A DNA stretch of 49,773 nt from a phage. This document shows, one piece after another, positions 7,216-16,801 of this stretch. The notes beneath the pieces are model-generated. The model was not told the DNA's origin, did no database searches, and saw only the letters and a program-made list of their open reading frames with translations. Location of the stretch: sequence record PZ715804.1, one strand, 5' to 3'. The number at the start of each line of letters is the position of its first letter. Position 1 is the first letter of the stretch. The position numbers and the translations under genes are program-made.

Positions 7216-9234
7216 GTGACAATGAACATTAAAAAGCAGATTGCATTACTTGGCGAGGACTATATAAAGCGAACTCAGGAGCGATTCACTGTCGGTGAGG
7301 TTGTTCCTTATCCGTACCAGGTTGTTGCTTATGCTGAGATCGCGAAACGCCTATCAAATTACGAGCATCCATTCTTTGTTAAAGCGTCAGTATCTGCGGG
7401 TAAGACCATCATTTTGGCTATGGTTGCAAAGCAGTGTCAGAAAATGGGCTTAAAAATGCTCGTTCTGGCTCGCCAGGGTGAGATTGTCGATCAGGATAGC
7501 GAGGAGATTGACAACTTTGGGGTAACTAACTCCATATTCTCAGCCTCATTAGGTATTAAGTCCTGCTATTTTCCTATCGTGGTAGGCTCAGAGGGTACTG
7601 TTGCAAATGGCCTCGACAATGAGCTTGCTGATTTCGTCCCGCAGGTAATTGGGATCGACGAGTGTCACCAGGTGGATTGGGAAGACCTTGCGCAAGCCAT
7701 TGAGGGCAAGGAAACAATGGAACAAATGAGGGGCGAGAAGGGAAAAATCATCATGGATGGAGATATTCCCCTGATTGGTAATGATGGAAAACCTTTGCTT
7801 GGGACTAAGCGCAGTCAGTACACGATCGTAATCATGGAAATGATGCGGCGCTGTAAAAAGGTTCACGGTCACGATCTCAGAATATTTGGTATGACTGGAT
7901 CTGAATTTCGTGGCGTAGTTCCTATTCTGGTAGAGAATCCGAAAGCATTGGGATTCTGGCGTGAGCGAGTAACTGATATCGACACAAACTATCTGATTGA
8001 GTTCGGTTCTGTTGTGCCGACAATATTCGGTTCAACAGACGGAGTTCATTACGATCTGGATAAGTTCAAGGCGTCGAGCGAGGACGGAGTGCAGGACTTT
8101 ACAGAGAAAGACATGAAGGCTATGGAAGATGAGATCCTTCATGATAAATCACTGACTCAGCGAATCATGCAAATGGTCGCCAAAAAGGCCGAAGAGCGTA
8201 ACGCTGTTCTCATTACATGTGCTGGGGTGCGTCACTGCAAAGAGGCGGCGGCGGCGCTTCCGCCAGGAAGCACCTATGCAATCATCACTGGCGATACTGA
8301 CACCAAAACGCGCAAGAAGATTCTTGATGATGTAAGGGCAGGAAAGATTAAATATACCTTTCAGGTCATGGCGCTCACGACTGGCGTTAACGTTCCAAAT
8401 TGGGATTTCAGCGTAATACTTCGCAAGATAGGGTCGCTCACGCTGTTGATTCAACTTTTGGGTAGGGGTATGCGTCTGCTTAAACCCTGGCAGGTTGCTG
8501 ATGGAATGGTTAAGCAGGACCATCTGGTATGGGATTTCGCAGGTACGATGGATGAGTTGGGTCAGCTTTATTTCGATCCGATACTTGAGCAAGCACAATT
8601 CCAAAAGCGCCTTGAAAACGGCAAAGATCCGAAAACATGTCCGAAATGCGGTTGCGTAAATAGCTTCTATGCTCGACGATGCGTTAATGTCATTGATGGT
8701 GAACGTTGCGATCATTTCTGGACTTCTCAGATTTGTGAGGACCAGGTTGACGAGCGCACCGGAAAAATCCTTGTTAAAGGATGCGGTGCAGAGAATGACG
8801 TTGTGGCCCGAGTCTGTCGTTGTTGTGATGTTTCGCTTGTCGATCCTAACCTGAAGTTATCCGGTAAGGCGTACACTAAGAATGACTGGTATGAAGTAAA
8901 GAATTTTGAGGTTACGCTAACCAAAAACCAGAAAGGCATAATATACAAATACACTCTTATTAACGATGATGGTGATGAGTTCAAGGCGTATGAAAAATTC
9001 TTCCCCGAGTCTGACTCTAAGATTTGCGGTACGATATGGAAAACTAAAGGTGTATTGCCACACGTATCGGATCCTAAAATGCGCCGATACTTTATCGGAA
9101 TGAAGAACGCCATCAAGATTTTGCAATACTCACATCATATTGCTCACCCGGTGCGCGTAACTCATCGTCGCAACCAGAAGAAAGAAGATATTATCTCACG
9201 AAAAGACTTTGGTATGGAGGATATCCCGGAATGA
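7216..9234 (+). CDS. DExH-box (SF2) DNA helicase with C-terminal Cys-rich zinc-binding region
   Basis: 672 aa; Walker A-like SAGKT; DECH box (IGIDECHQV); CPKCG...CRCC cluster; GTG start. Confidence 0.7.
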   Translation: MTMNIKKQIALLGEDYIKRTQERFTVGEVVPYPYQVVAYAEIAKRLSNYEHPFFVKASVSAGKTIILAMVAKQCQKMGLKMLVLARQGEIVDQDSEEIDNFGVTNSIFSASLGIKSCYFPIVVGSEGTVANGLDNELADFVPQVIGIDECHQVDWEDLAQAIEGKETMEQMRGEKGKIIMDGDIPLIGNDGKPLLGTKRSQYTIVIMEMMRRCKKVHGHDLRIFGMTGSEFRGVVPILVENPKALGFWRERVTDIDTNYLIEFGSVVPTIFGSTDGVHYDLDKFKASSEDGVQDFTEKDMKAMEDEILHDKSLTQRIMQMVAKKAEERNAVLITCAGVRHCKEAAAALPPGSTYAIITGDTDTKTRKKILDDVRAGKIKYTFQVMALTTGVNVPNWDFSVILRKIGSLTLLIQLLGRGMRLLKPWQVADGMVKQDHLVWDFAGTMDELGQLYFDPILEQAQFQKRLENGKDPKTCPKCGCVNSFYARRCVNVIDGERCDHFWTSQICEDQVDERTGKILVKGCGAENDVVARVCRCCDVSLVDPNLKLSGKAYTKNDWYEVKNFEVTLTKNQKGIIYKYTLINDDGDEFKAYEKFFPESDSKICGTIWKTKGVLPHVSDPKMRRYFIGMKNAIKILQYSHHIAHPVRVTHRRNQKKEDIISRKDFGMEDIPE

Positions 9235-9647
9235 TTACAGACAAAGGTGGTTATTTAGAATTTTACGAGAGAGATCCAAGCGACACTCGAAAGGAGGACG
9301 CTCATCAGGTGGATTGTGTATCCTGGCTGAAATACAATTTTCCTCACCTTCTATTTTGGCACACTGTCAATGAAGGTGAAAAAACAATCACATCGGCGCT
9401 CAGGGATGAGCAGGCCGGATTACTTAAAGGCGTGTCAGACTTCGTTATCCTGATTGGTGTTAACTCACGATACCCGTTTGCAGCAATCGAACTTAAGCGG
9501 GTTAATAAGTCAGGCAAAGGAAAGGCGTCACCAGTCAGCGACAAGCAAAGGGAATTTCTCCAAAAGGTCCGGGAGCGTGGCGGCTTCTCTGCCGTCGCAT
9601 ACGGATTCGGGCAATTCAAGATCGCAATTTACGAAATGATGAAATAG
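9231..9647 (+). CDS. VRR-NUC domain nuclease
   Basis: 138 aa; PD-(D/E)XK-type motifs VSDFVILIG ... AIELKRVN ... KQREFL; start overlaps helicase stop (ATGA). Confidence 0.6.
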   Translation: MITDKGGYLEFYERDPSDTRKEDAHQVDCVSWLKYNFPHLLFWHTVNEGEKTITSALRDEQAGLLKGVSDFVILIGVNSRYPFAAIELKRVNKSGKGKASPVSDKQREFLQKVRERGGFSAVAYGFGQFKIAIYEMMK

Positions 9648-9687
9648 CACTTTTTGTTAAAACTGCCGGGATGGAATCTGGCATTAT
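9645..9687 (+). promoter_or_regulatory. motif-spacer-(-10) cassette upstream of dam
   Basis: TAGCACTTTTTGTTAAAAC (TAG is the stop of the VRR-NUC gene), 22 nt spacer, CATTAT. Confidence 0.5.
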
Positions 9688-9714
9688 TATCTCACCAAAA
9701 CGAGAGGAATAAAA

Positions 9715-10428
9715 ATGAAAGACTTTAATGATATCGAAACTATCGACTTTGCAGAAACTGGTTGCTCATTCACTCGCGAAGCAATAGCATCAGGCGGTTA
9801 TTATCAGGCATTGAAAACGCCAACCTGCAAAGAGATTTCAGGGCTTCGATACAAGGGGACAAATACCCCTGACGCTGTTCGTGATTTATGGTCAACCCCG
9901 CGCGAGGTTATCGCATACCTTGAGGGTCGTTACGGAAAATATGATCTAGACGCTGCGGCAAGCGAAGAAAATAAAGTTTGCGAGAAGTTTTATTCCCAGG
10001 AAACAAACTGCTTAAAAAGTTGGTGGGGTAAGAATAAGCACGTTTGGTTAAACCCTCCTTATAGCCGACCTGATATATTCGTCAAGAAGGCTATTGAGCA
10101 AATGGAGCACAACAACCAGATCGATATACTGTTACCAGCCGATAACTCTACGGCGTGGTTTACTGAGGTGCGACAGCACGCGGCTGAAATCATCTGGATT
10201 GAGGCTGACTTGACAGAAGATATTGACGGCAACGAGTATGCTCGATCCGGTCGTCTAGCTTTCATATCAGGTGAAACTGGAAAGGCCGTAGACGGCAATA
10301 ACAAAGGTTCGGTAATTTTTATTATGCGCGAACTTAAAGAAGGTGAGGTGCAACAGACTCACTACATCCCAATCACAAGCATTTGCCCTTCGGTGAAAAA
10401 CAAACGAGCAAAGGTGAGGAAAGTATGA
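9715..10428 (+). CDS. dam: DNA N6-adenine methyltransferase (phage Dam-like)
   Basis: 237 aa; catalytic NPPY motif (WLNPPYSRP); GAGGAA RBS. Confidence 0.7.
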   Translation: MKDFNDIETIDFAETGCSFTREAIASGGYYQALKTPTCKEISGLRYKGTNTPDAVRDLWSTPREVIAYLEGRYGKYDLDAAASEENKVCEKFYSQETNCLKSWWGKNKHVWLNPPYSRPDIFVKKAIEQMEHNNQIDILLPADNSTAWFTEVRQHAAEIIWIEADLTEDIDGNEYARSGRLAFISGETGKAVDGNNKGSVIFIMRELKEGEVQQTHYIPITSICPSVKNKRAKVRKV

Positions 10429-10676
10429 TGAGCGAAAAAATGGTTACTATTAAATTAACTGAGCAAGGTTTATGGCTTCTTTATCGCGCTACGTGCTGCG
10501 AGATTATGGAGCGAAACGGATTGACTAATGATGTTATTGGTTGCGATCTGTGGGAGTTCACTAGTTCTCTTGATATGTCTTTCGATGAGATAAAAAATGA
10601 ATACATAGAGAATTGGCCTTCAATCATACAGAGAGACGTAGAGGAACTTAAAGCTGATATGATCGTTCAGCACTAA
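10425..10676 (+). CDS. hypothetical protein
   Basis: 83 aa from ATG overlapping Dam stop (ATGATG) behind GAGGAAAG RBS; stop TAA lies inside a motif copy. Confidence 0.45.
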   Translation: MMSEKMVTIKLTEQGLWLLYRATCCEIMERNGLTNDVIGCDLWEFTSSLDMSFDEIKNEYIENWPSIIQRDVEELKADMIVQH

Positions 10677-10710
10677 TTGCTAAAACTACCCGGCGAAAGT
10701 CGGGTATAGT
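10669..10710 (+). promoter_or_regulatory. motif-spacer-(-10)-hairpin cassette
   Basis: AGCACTAATTGCTAAAAC, 22 nt spacer, TATAGT; imperfect hairpin CCCGGC...GTCGGG. Confidence 0.5.
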
Positions 10711-10742
10711 TATTTCATCGAGACGAAATGAGGAATCAAAAG

Positions 10743-10952
10743 ATGGCACGCATTAACGCAAACTTTTTCAATATCGCTCAACAGTCCGCAAAAATGGCTG
10801 TTCATATCACTGACAAGAAAGGTGGCAACTTTGATTGGGATATTGCTATGAACTTCCTTAAAATGGCTTATTACCTCTGCTCAGTCAAAGATGTTGAGTG
10901 TTTTATTGAAAGCGTGGAGAAACTAACCAATGCTGATAAAAAAACAAGGTAA
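10743..10952 (+). CDS. hypothetical protein
   Basis: 69 aa (MARINANFF...) from ATG behind GAGGAA RBS, downstream of promoter-like cassette 10669-10710. Confidence 0.45.
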   Translation: MARINANFFNIAQQSAKMAVHITDKKGGNFDWDIAMNFLKMAYYLCSVKDVECFIESVEKLTNADKKTR

Positions 10953-11202
10953 AAGAGAGGTTTGGGATCACGCGAAGGAGTGCGGAATCTCAGACGATAT
11001 AGCACTAATAGCAAAATATTTCGATATAAAGGATGTTAGCATCATCTCAAACGGAAAGATTTCATTTATGGAAGATATGCCGAGAAAAATGCATAGAGTG
11101 CCAGCCACCCCATCACTTGAATTTTATCGTGAAGAAGGAAAGAGAATTGAGCGAGAACGAAAAACAGCAAAGAACAACAAGTCTTCCAGGCTTAAACATT
11201 AA
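10930..11202 (+). CDS. hypothetical protein (frame A of a possibly frameshifted gene)
   Basis: 90 aa ORF; overlaps the next ORF in another frame. Confidence 0.35.
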   Translation: MLIKKQGKREVWDHAKECGISDDIALIAKYFDIKDVSIISNGKISFMEDMPRKMHRVPATPSLEFYREEGKRIERERKTAKNNKSSRLKH

Positions 11203-11434
11203 CGCAGAAGATTATCAGACTATCTGGATCGGAAAAAAGCAGGTTAAGAAAATCCCTTTCTCTGATTGGTTGCCTCCTGACTTCGTTAATGTGCTTTGCA
11301 CCATCGGTATGGAACAGGAGTTGCATATAGGTTATTACTCACCAGGTAGAAACAGCATAATGCTTGAGGTTGATGGGAAACTTGTTGAGTTTAAATCTTC
11401 AGATCTCGGATTCTGGTTAAAGGCTGTGGCATGA
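11033..11434 (+). CDS. hypothetical protein (frame B; no start codon near where frame A stops, so a frame discontinuity is suspected)
   Basis: 133 aa ORF in +1 frame relative to 10930..11202; protein-like C-terminal half. Confidence 0.3.
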   Translation: MLASSQTERFHLWKICREKCIECQPPHHLNFIVKKERELSENEKQQRTTSLPGLNINAEDYQTIWIGKKQVKKIPFSDWLPPDFVNVLCTIGMEQELHIGYYSPGRNSIMLEVDGKLVEFKSSDLGFWLKAVA

Positions 11435-11512
11435 ATCTTTATTTTGCTGTAGTATTAACACCGCTAATTTCATTTTTAGTAATGTATTTCATTATCATGT
11501 AAGGATTAAAAT

Positions 11513-12664
11513 ATGTCACAAGCTAAAATCACTACCGAACAACTTGTCGAAGAGCGCATGAACGGCCTAACACTTCGCGAGATCGCGGAAAAGTACGGTA
11601 TGCACATTCGAACTGTTGAAGCTCGCCACGCAAAGTTGGCAAAAGAAGGTCACTTCCACGGTAACGAGCATGTTGCTAAGAACGTACCGGAAGGATTCAT
11701 GGTAAAAGGCACATCAACGATGATTCGCGGCGATGGGACCGAGGTGGTGCGCTGGGTTAAGACCGATCAGGACCGTGAGAAGATTGCAGCAATGATGGAA
11801 GCGGCGCGTATTGCATTCTGTGAAGATCTGCCGCGAGCAAAGCCAACTGAGCTACTAACCTCACAAGGGCTTACGACAGCGATGGGTAAGCTGGCACTCT
11901 ATCCGGTATTCGATCTTCATATTGGCGCGCTTGCTCATAAGCATGAATGCGGAGAGAACTATTCTACCGATGTGGCGGAAAAAGTGCTGAGTGACTTCTT
12001 TAATTACGCGATCGATATTGCTCCGAACGCAGAGAAGGCTGTTCTGTTAATCGGCGGTGACTTCCTGCACTCTGACGGACTTGATGCAGTTACTCCGGCA
12101 AGCGGTCACGTTCTTGATCAGGATTCACGATATGCAAAATTGGTGCATGTAGCTATTCGATCTGTTCGTCGCGCTATCGACAAAATGCTGACTAAACACA
12201 AAGAGGTCGAAGTTCAGGTTGTCGAAGGAAACCACGACCAGGCCGGGATGATTTGGTTGCGCGCCGCAATGGCTGCATACTATGAAGACGAGCCGAGAGT
12301 ATTCGTTGACGTAAGCCCTATGGTTCTACATAAGACTCGCTGGGGAAATACTTTGCTTGGATATACTCACGGTCACACGATGAAAAAGGCAGAGACTCGA
12401 CTCGCAGCTATGGCAGCAGATTTCCGCGCAGATTTTGGTGAAAGCAAATACGTGTACACGCATAGCGGACACTGGCATCATCAGACAATCACTGAACACT
12501 CGTTAGGTATTGATGAGGTTCACGGGCAGTTAGGCGCGAAAGATGCATACGCCGCGCGAGGTGGGTGGCGCTCATATCGCCAGGCGGCGGTAATCGTTTA
12601 CGATAAACAGTTTGGTGAAATCGGTCGATTCATATATCGTCCAGAAATGACAGGATCGCACTAA
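11513..12664 (+). CDS. calcineurin-like metallophosphoesterase with N-terminal HTH-like region
   Basis: 383 aa; phosphoesterase motifs VFDLHIG, GGDFLHSDG, VEGNHDQ; N-terminal LTLREIAEKYGMHIRTV. Confidence 0.5.
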   Translation: MSQAKITTEQLVEERMNGLTLREIAEKYGMHIRTVEARHAKLAKEGHFHGNEHVAKNVPEGFMVKGTSTMIRGDGTEVVRWVKTDQDREKIAAMMEAARIAFCEDLPRAKPTELLTSQGLTTAMGKLALYPVFDLHIGALAHKHECGENYSTDVAEKVLSDFFNYAIDIAPNAEKAVLLIGGDFLHSDGLDAVTPASGHVLDQDSRYAKLVHVAIRSVRRAIDKMLTKHKEVEVQVVEGNHDQAGMIWLRAAMAAYYEDEPRVFVDVSPMVLHKTRWGNTLLGYTHGHTMKKAETRLAAMAADFRADFGESKYVYTHSGHWHHQTITEHSLGIDEVHGQLGAKDAYAARGGWRSYRQAAVIVYDKQFGEIGRFIYRPEMTGSH

Positions 12665-12698
12665 TCGCTAAAAACTCCCGAAGGGATTCGGGTATAGT
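12658..12698 (+). promoter_or_regulatory. motif-spacer-(-10)-hairpin cassette
   Basis: GCACTAATCGCTAAAAAC, 22 nt spacer, TATAGT; hairpin CCCGAA...TTCGGG. Confidence 0.5.
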
Positions 12699-12727
12699 GA
12701 CCACATAGAAAACAAAGAGGGTATTTC

Positions 12728-12904
12728 ATGAAACGAGTTAAATGCATCCGAAATGATTCCAAAACGCTTCCATTCCGCGTAAATCAGATCTATAGTGTTG
12801 GTTATGATTTCGGTGGTGGATTGTTTGAGGTTTACGATGGTAGAGGTTCAACAATCCAAGCTCCCCTGAACGGTCATTACCTGGAATTTATTGAGCTAGA
12901 TTAA
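12728..12904 (+). CDS. small hypothetical protein (MKxxKC small-domain family)
   Basis: 58 aa, not in track; ATG behind AGAGGG RBS and cassette 12658-12698; followed by terminator. Confidence 0.4.
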   Translation: MKRVKCIRNDSKTLPFRVNQIYSVGYDFGGGLFEVYDGRGSTIQAPLNGHYLEFIELD

Positions 12905-12926
12905 CAATATCATTCATAACCTTACG

Positions 12927-12956
12927 GGCTGGCATGGTTTACATGCTGGCCTTTTT
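12927..12956 (+). terminator. intrinsic terminator upstream of the lysis cassette
   Basis: Stem with G-U wobbles around CATG palindrome then TTTTT. Confidence 0.5.
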
Positions 12957-13021
12957 GCGTTGTATCAAGTAAATTTGAAGGTTAAAATCAACTCACTTGT
13001 TCAAAAATATATGGTGAGATT

Positions 13022-13237
13022 ATGAAAGAATTTTTAACAGCGGCTACGTCAAGCACGGGTGGTGCTTCGTTGGTGGGGGCGGCGACAGGGCAGCTTTATA
13101 TTGCTGGCGCTACATTCATTTGCTTTCTGCTTTTTGGTGCATGGGGCGCATACTGGAAGTATCGTGATAGTAAGGCAATTCAGGAAGCGTTAAACGATGG
13201 CGATCTAAATAAGGCGCTTAAGATTAGGGGGATATAA
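13022..13237 (+). CDS. putative holin
   Basis: 71 aa; hydrophobic segment [21 protein letters not shown] then charged tail; directly precedes endolysin. Confidence 0.55.
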   Translation: MKEFLTAATSSTGGASLVGAATGQLYIAGATFICFLLFGAWGAYWKYRDSKAIQEALNDGDLNKALKIRGI

Positions 13238-13725
13238 TGAGTTTAAAAAATAACGTTATAGGCGCATCGATCGGGGCCGCTTTGACGTTGACGCCTACCC
13301 TACTGGAACGAATCGAAGGTATAGAGTACGAGGTGTATTACGATATCGCCGGAGTACCTACCGTATGCAGCGGAATAACCGGGCCTGACGTAATACCTGG
13401 TAAGAAATACACTAAGCGAGAATGCGATGCATTGCTGATAAAACATATCGGAGTCGCTCAGCGATACGTTGACAAAAAGGTAAATGTTGATATTCCTGTA
13501 ACGATGCGCGCGTCACTGTACAGCTTCACTTTCAACGTCGGTACTGGCGCGTTCGGATCTTCTACAATGCTTAAGCTAATAAATCAGAGTAAGCACAAGG
13601 AAGCGTGCAATCAGTTATGGCGATGGGTATACTACTACAACCCAAAAACCAAAAAGCGCGAAGTGTCTAGAGGACTAAAGAACCGACGCGCTGAAGAATA
13701 CGCGTATTGCGTTAAGGAATTATGA
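13237..13725 (+). CDS. SAR endolysin (GH24 lysozyme, R21-like)
   Basis: 162 aa; N-terminal signal-anchor-release segment [17 protein letters not shown]; catalytic E-x8-D-x5-T ([16 protein letters not shown]); [13 protein letters not shown]. Confidence 0.9.
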   Translation: MSLKNNVIGASIGAALTLTPTLLERIEGIEYEVYYDIAGVPTVCSGITGPDVIPGKKYTKRECDALLIKHIGVAQRYVDKKVNVDIPVTMRASLYSFTFNVGTGAFGSSTMLKLINQSKHKEACNQLWRWVYYYNPKTKKREVSRGLKNRRAEEYAYCVKEL

Positions 13726-14126
13726 TGAAACTGAAGAAAACGTGCATTGCGATTGCAGTGGCTGTTGGCGTTATTTCCCTATCCGGTTGTTCGACGGCAT
13801 CTGCCCTGAGCGGTTTAATCGGATCTAAACCGGAAGTTACAGCACAAATCGGAGAGGAGAACACAAAGCAATTAGCAGGAGTAACCGCAAAATCCGAAGA
13901 TAAGCGAGATGTTAAAGTTGAGAAGTCCAATGTAGGAAAGATTGACTCTTCCTTGAAGAAGTCAATTGAAGTGTCAACCATTAAGGCTAACACGGTTAAC
14001 GCTGAAAGCATCACAGTAACAAAACCGGAAAACTGGTACGATGCTATCGTTGGCTGGATTCTCGTTTTTATCGGTCTATTGCTGGTTTATTTTTCACTCC
14101 GTAAGGACGAAAAAAAGGAGGCTTAG
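13722..14126 (+). CDS. unimolecular spanin (T1 gp11-type)
   Basis: 134 aa; N-terminal lipoprotein signal with lipobox LSGC and C-terminal transmembrane helix [15 protein letters not shown]. Confidence 0.75.
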   Translation: MMKLKKTCIAIAVAVGVISLSGCSTASALSGLIGSKPEVTAQIGEENTKQLAGVTAKSEDKRDVKVEKSNVGKIDSSLKKSIEVSTIKANTVNAESITVTKPENWYDAIVGWILVFIGLLLVYFSLRKDEKKEA

Positions 14127-14141
14127 CCTCCTTTGTTATTT
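14111..14141. terminator. bidirectional terminator between spanin gene and leftward genes
   Basis: Perfect palindrome AGGAGGC-TTA-GCCTCCT flanked by A-run and T-rich run. Confidence 0.7.
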
Positions 14142-14336
14142 GTACCTTTTTACGTTAAGTAGTAACTCCCCATCCTGGTCGCAAAGATTATGCTCGCTTT
14201 CGTTACTGGCCCTCATTGAAGTGAGCAACAGACTCAACAACCCTTGCTCAAATTCTTCTTTCGTAAGCTGGAGCCTTGCGCACAATTCGACGTTCCGATC
14301 TATCAATGTTTCTACGTTCTCCAAACAAATCCTCAT
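14136..14336 (-). CDS. hypothetical small protein
   Basis: ORF track; GGAGAG RBS before ATG; overlaps 3' end of next ORF in another frame. Confidence 0.3.
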   Translation of the reverse strand: MRICLENVETLIDRNVELCARLQLTKEEFEQGLLSLLLTSMRASNESEHNLCDQDGELLLNVKRYK

Positions 14337-14655
14337 CACTCATCTCTCCAATGTGCATCATTTCCCACGTATACCGATTGTTGTAGCCATCAATACACAT
14401 CAGCTTCATCATTACCGGGCGCTTAATCTTTCCCTTGCACCAGTAAAACCCATCCCTGCAATCAAGATAACCCTCAGTTACACAGCGTGAGCAAAACTCC
14501 TTAGATAGCGCGCTTGTAAATTCACGGCGAGTCATTCCTGCGGCCTTAGCAAATCGCTCACTTTCCTTGTGGGCGTATATAAATTTCGCTATGTGCTGTC
14601 GAGTGTATTTGTCGTAACCTTCGCAGAACCTGAACAGATCTAAAAGAAGAAGCAT
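14248..14655 (-). CDS. hypothetical Cys-rich protein
   Basis: 135 aa; FCSRCVTEGYLDCRDGFYWC cluster suggests metal binding. Confidence 0.45.
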   Translation of the reverse strand: MLLLLDLFRFCEGYDKYTRQHIAKFIYAHKESERFAKAAGMTRREFTSALSKEFCSRCVTEGYLDCRDGFYWCKGKIKRPVMMKLMCIDGYNNRYTWEMMHIGEMSDEDLFGERRNIDRSERRIVRKAPAYERRI

Positions 14656-14659
14656 ATTA

Positions 14660-16228
14660 TTAACCCATCAGTCGAGGGTTGATGAAAACAATATCATCAA
14701 TCCGGCAAGTGTAGTTCATCTCTTCGAGCGTGATCAGCAGGCTGTCGATTCGCTCAGATACTTTCTGTTGACCGTTGAACGGCGTAACGTTCCGGCACTT
14801 TGCAACGATGCTATGAATAGGTGCGCGGCCTTTGTTCTTCTTCGCGATCTCAGTGATAACATCAATCAGCTTACGAGATTCAGCCTCATCACCTGCATAC
14901 CCGGCAGCGCTGGCAGATGACAGATAAGTCCTGGAAAGCTCATTAAAAATCATGATTGCTTCCTGCATTGTTTCAAGATCTATCTCACGATTGGAACGGT
15001 TCGGTGATTCACCCTCCCAATTCTTGATCGTGTGGAGAACTGAAGCAATACGCAAGGCGTGCTTATCGAACTTGCCGAGATGACCGCGTAGCATTGAGTG
15101 AGAGTATTTCCCACCTGCGGAGAAATCCGGTTCCATCGCCTGACGCGCAAGGTTTAATTCACGCATAGCATTACGACTAACAGATAGAACAACGTTTTCC
15201 TCCTTCATAATGTTGTGCACGAGTCGATAATATTTACTCACCAATCCTCGATCGACTTCCTTATACAGCGCATCACCATTTTCATCGCAAAGGATACGAG
15301 TACCTAAAAGCGGCTCCTCACGAACTAAAAGGAAGCGCTCAGACACACCGATACCTCGCTGGCCTGCGTCCATGATACCCTTGATTGTTTCATCCTGCGC
15401 AATAACGCAGATTGAACCGACCGGGCAAAGGGACAAGTTGTTATCCTGGTTGGAACGCGCGACCTCCATATGGTTTTTATCCCACGCCTTAAGGATAAGC
15501 TCGCTGTTTGATTTCTTATCTGAACCGCCATACGTAAGCCCGAGCAATGTATTGATTGCCGTTGCCTCGTCAGATATTACGGAGAAGTGACCTTGCACTG
15601 CCGCCACCTTCGCTAGACCTTCAGGTGTAGGATCTGATACCGCGAAAACAATATCAGCCATCTTCTTGATCTTTTCTTCCAGTTTTTCCTTGTCTTCGTA
15701 CAGCGCCGCCGTCGTGTTACCCTTCGGATCGTTTTTGATTTCTTTCTCGACCTGACGTAGCTGACTGGTTAAACGGATGCGTTCCTTTTTGCGCTCTTCA
15801 TTCAGTCGCTGAATCTCTGCGCGCATAGGAGTTATCGCCGCTGAGTTAATAGCGGACTTACCTGTTGATGGTGGCTGGCTGATTACCATGTAAAGCGCGG
15901 TCGGCTGTTCTTCGCCGTGATATTGCACCCAAAACTTCCCGAGCATCGCGGCTGAGATGCACCCAATGAAATGAGCGTACGCAGACGAAACCGGAAACTG
16001 TACAGACTCAGCCTTTGCCTTTGCATATTCGAATACCAGGTTATCGCCACCTAACGAAATCAGCGGGAACTTATCGTTTCCACTGTTGATATCGATCGGA
16101 TCTTGCCAAAACGAAACTGAATCCCCATAGCTGTTTTCACGAATTGCGATCGCCACCGGATTAACTCCAGTGCTATTTGCGATCTCAATAATCTGTTGGT
16201 AATTCAATTTTGGCTTAATATTAAACAT
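14660..16228 (-). CDS. P-loop NTPase, DUF3987-like (primase/helicase-associated)
   Basis: About 522 aa from ATG (or GTG 16231) behind AAGGAG RBS; Walker A-like PPSTGKS; driven by minus-strand cassette 16258-16302. Confidence 0.45.
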   Translation of the reverse strand: MFNIKPKLNYQQIIEIANSTGVNPVAIAIRENSYGDSVSFWQDPIDINSGNDKFPLISLGGDNLVFEYAKAKAESVQFPVSSAYAHFIGCISAAMLGKFWVQYHGEEQPTALYMVISQPPSTGKSAINSAAITPMRAEIQRLNEERKKERIRLTSQLRQVEKEIKNDPKGNTTAALYEDKEKLEEKIKKMADIVFAVSDPTPEGLAKVAAVQGHFSVISDEATAINTLLGLTYGGSDKKSNSELILKAWDKNHMEVARSNQDNNLSLCPVGSICVIAQDETIKGIMDAGQRGIGVSERFLLVREEPLLGTRILCDENGDALYKEVDRGLVSKYYRLVHNIMKEENVVLSVSRNAMRELNLARQAMEPDFSAGGKYSHSMLRGHLGKFDKHALRIASVLHTIKNWEGESPNRSNREIDLETMQEAIMIFNELSRTYLSSASAAGYAGDEAESRKLIDVITEIAKKNKGRAPIHSIVAKCRNVTPFNGQQKVSERIDSLLITLEEMNYTCRIDDIVFINPRLMG

Positions 16229-16257
16229 CACAATAAACTCCTTAGTTGACGGCGTGA

Positions 16258-16302
16258 ATGATACACCGTCAATGGTACACGCGTTTTGCAAAAAGTGCTA
16301 TT
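16258..16302 (-). promoter_or_regulatory. motif-spacer-(-10)-hairpin cassette (minus strand) upstream of the DUF3987-like ATPase gene
   Basis: Minus-strand reading TAGCACTTTTTGCAAAAC, 22 nt spacer, TATCAT. Confidence 0.5.
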
Positions 16303-16304
16303 GG

Positions 16305-16721
16305 TTATAAGTATTTGGCCTCAAAGGTTGTGCCGTCTGCGATACTAAAACCCACCTCTTCGCGGAATAAGGTCCAGCGGCAACCGTCCTCATCAAAGAT
16401 GTAACCAGCTACGCCACCGAGAGCGCGACCGCTTTCAACCTGGTAACGCTTTCCAACCTTGAATGATTTTTTCATCGTGTTGCGATGGTCAAGCCCGGTG
16501 CATTTAAGCGTTTTTGTTTTTAACTCGGTGAACTTCGCGAAGAAGATTTCATCAGATCCGTGAATCTGTAATTCATCATGCTCTTCAAGTTTTAAATACT
16601 TCCCGCATTTTAACTTTACTTCGCGAGTGCCATCATAGCGCTCACGACCTTTATACAGATTGTTTACTTCGAATCCTGTGATTTTGTCTGCTGAAGTGCA
16701 TTTAAGTTTAATGGTTTTCAT
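16305..16721 (-). CDS. hypothetical protein with internal repeats of the MKxxKC small-domain type
   Basis: 138 aa; AGGAG RBS within CCAATCAGGAG context; repeats IKLKCTSADKITGFEVNNLYKG and LKCTGLDHR...VGKRYQV. Confidence 0.5.
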   Translation of the reverse strand: MKTIKLKCTSADKITGFEVNNLYKGRERYDGTREVKLKCGKYLKLEEHDELQIHGSDEIFFAKFTELKTKTLKCTGLDHRNTMKKSFKVGKRYQVESGRALGGVAGYIFDEDGCRWTLFREEVGFSIADGTTFEAKYL

Positions 16722-16801
16722 TGCGTTCGCTCCTGATTGGTTATCTTGAATAAGGTCACTTTATCAAATGACCTTACGGCAATATTAACAAATCGTGCTA
16801 T

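Noticed and set aside
6669-7540. Shared hexapeptide TNSIFS at the C-terminus of the HTH protein and inside the helicase
   Set aside because: The nucleotide sequences differ and the HTH copy is simply the translation of the repeated motif; a 6 aa match is within chance expectation for this much coding sequence.
14041-14490. 149 aa plus-strand ORF
   Set aside because: Antisense to the minus-strand genes 14136..14655, spans a bidirectional terminator, no RBS.
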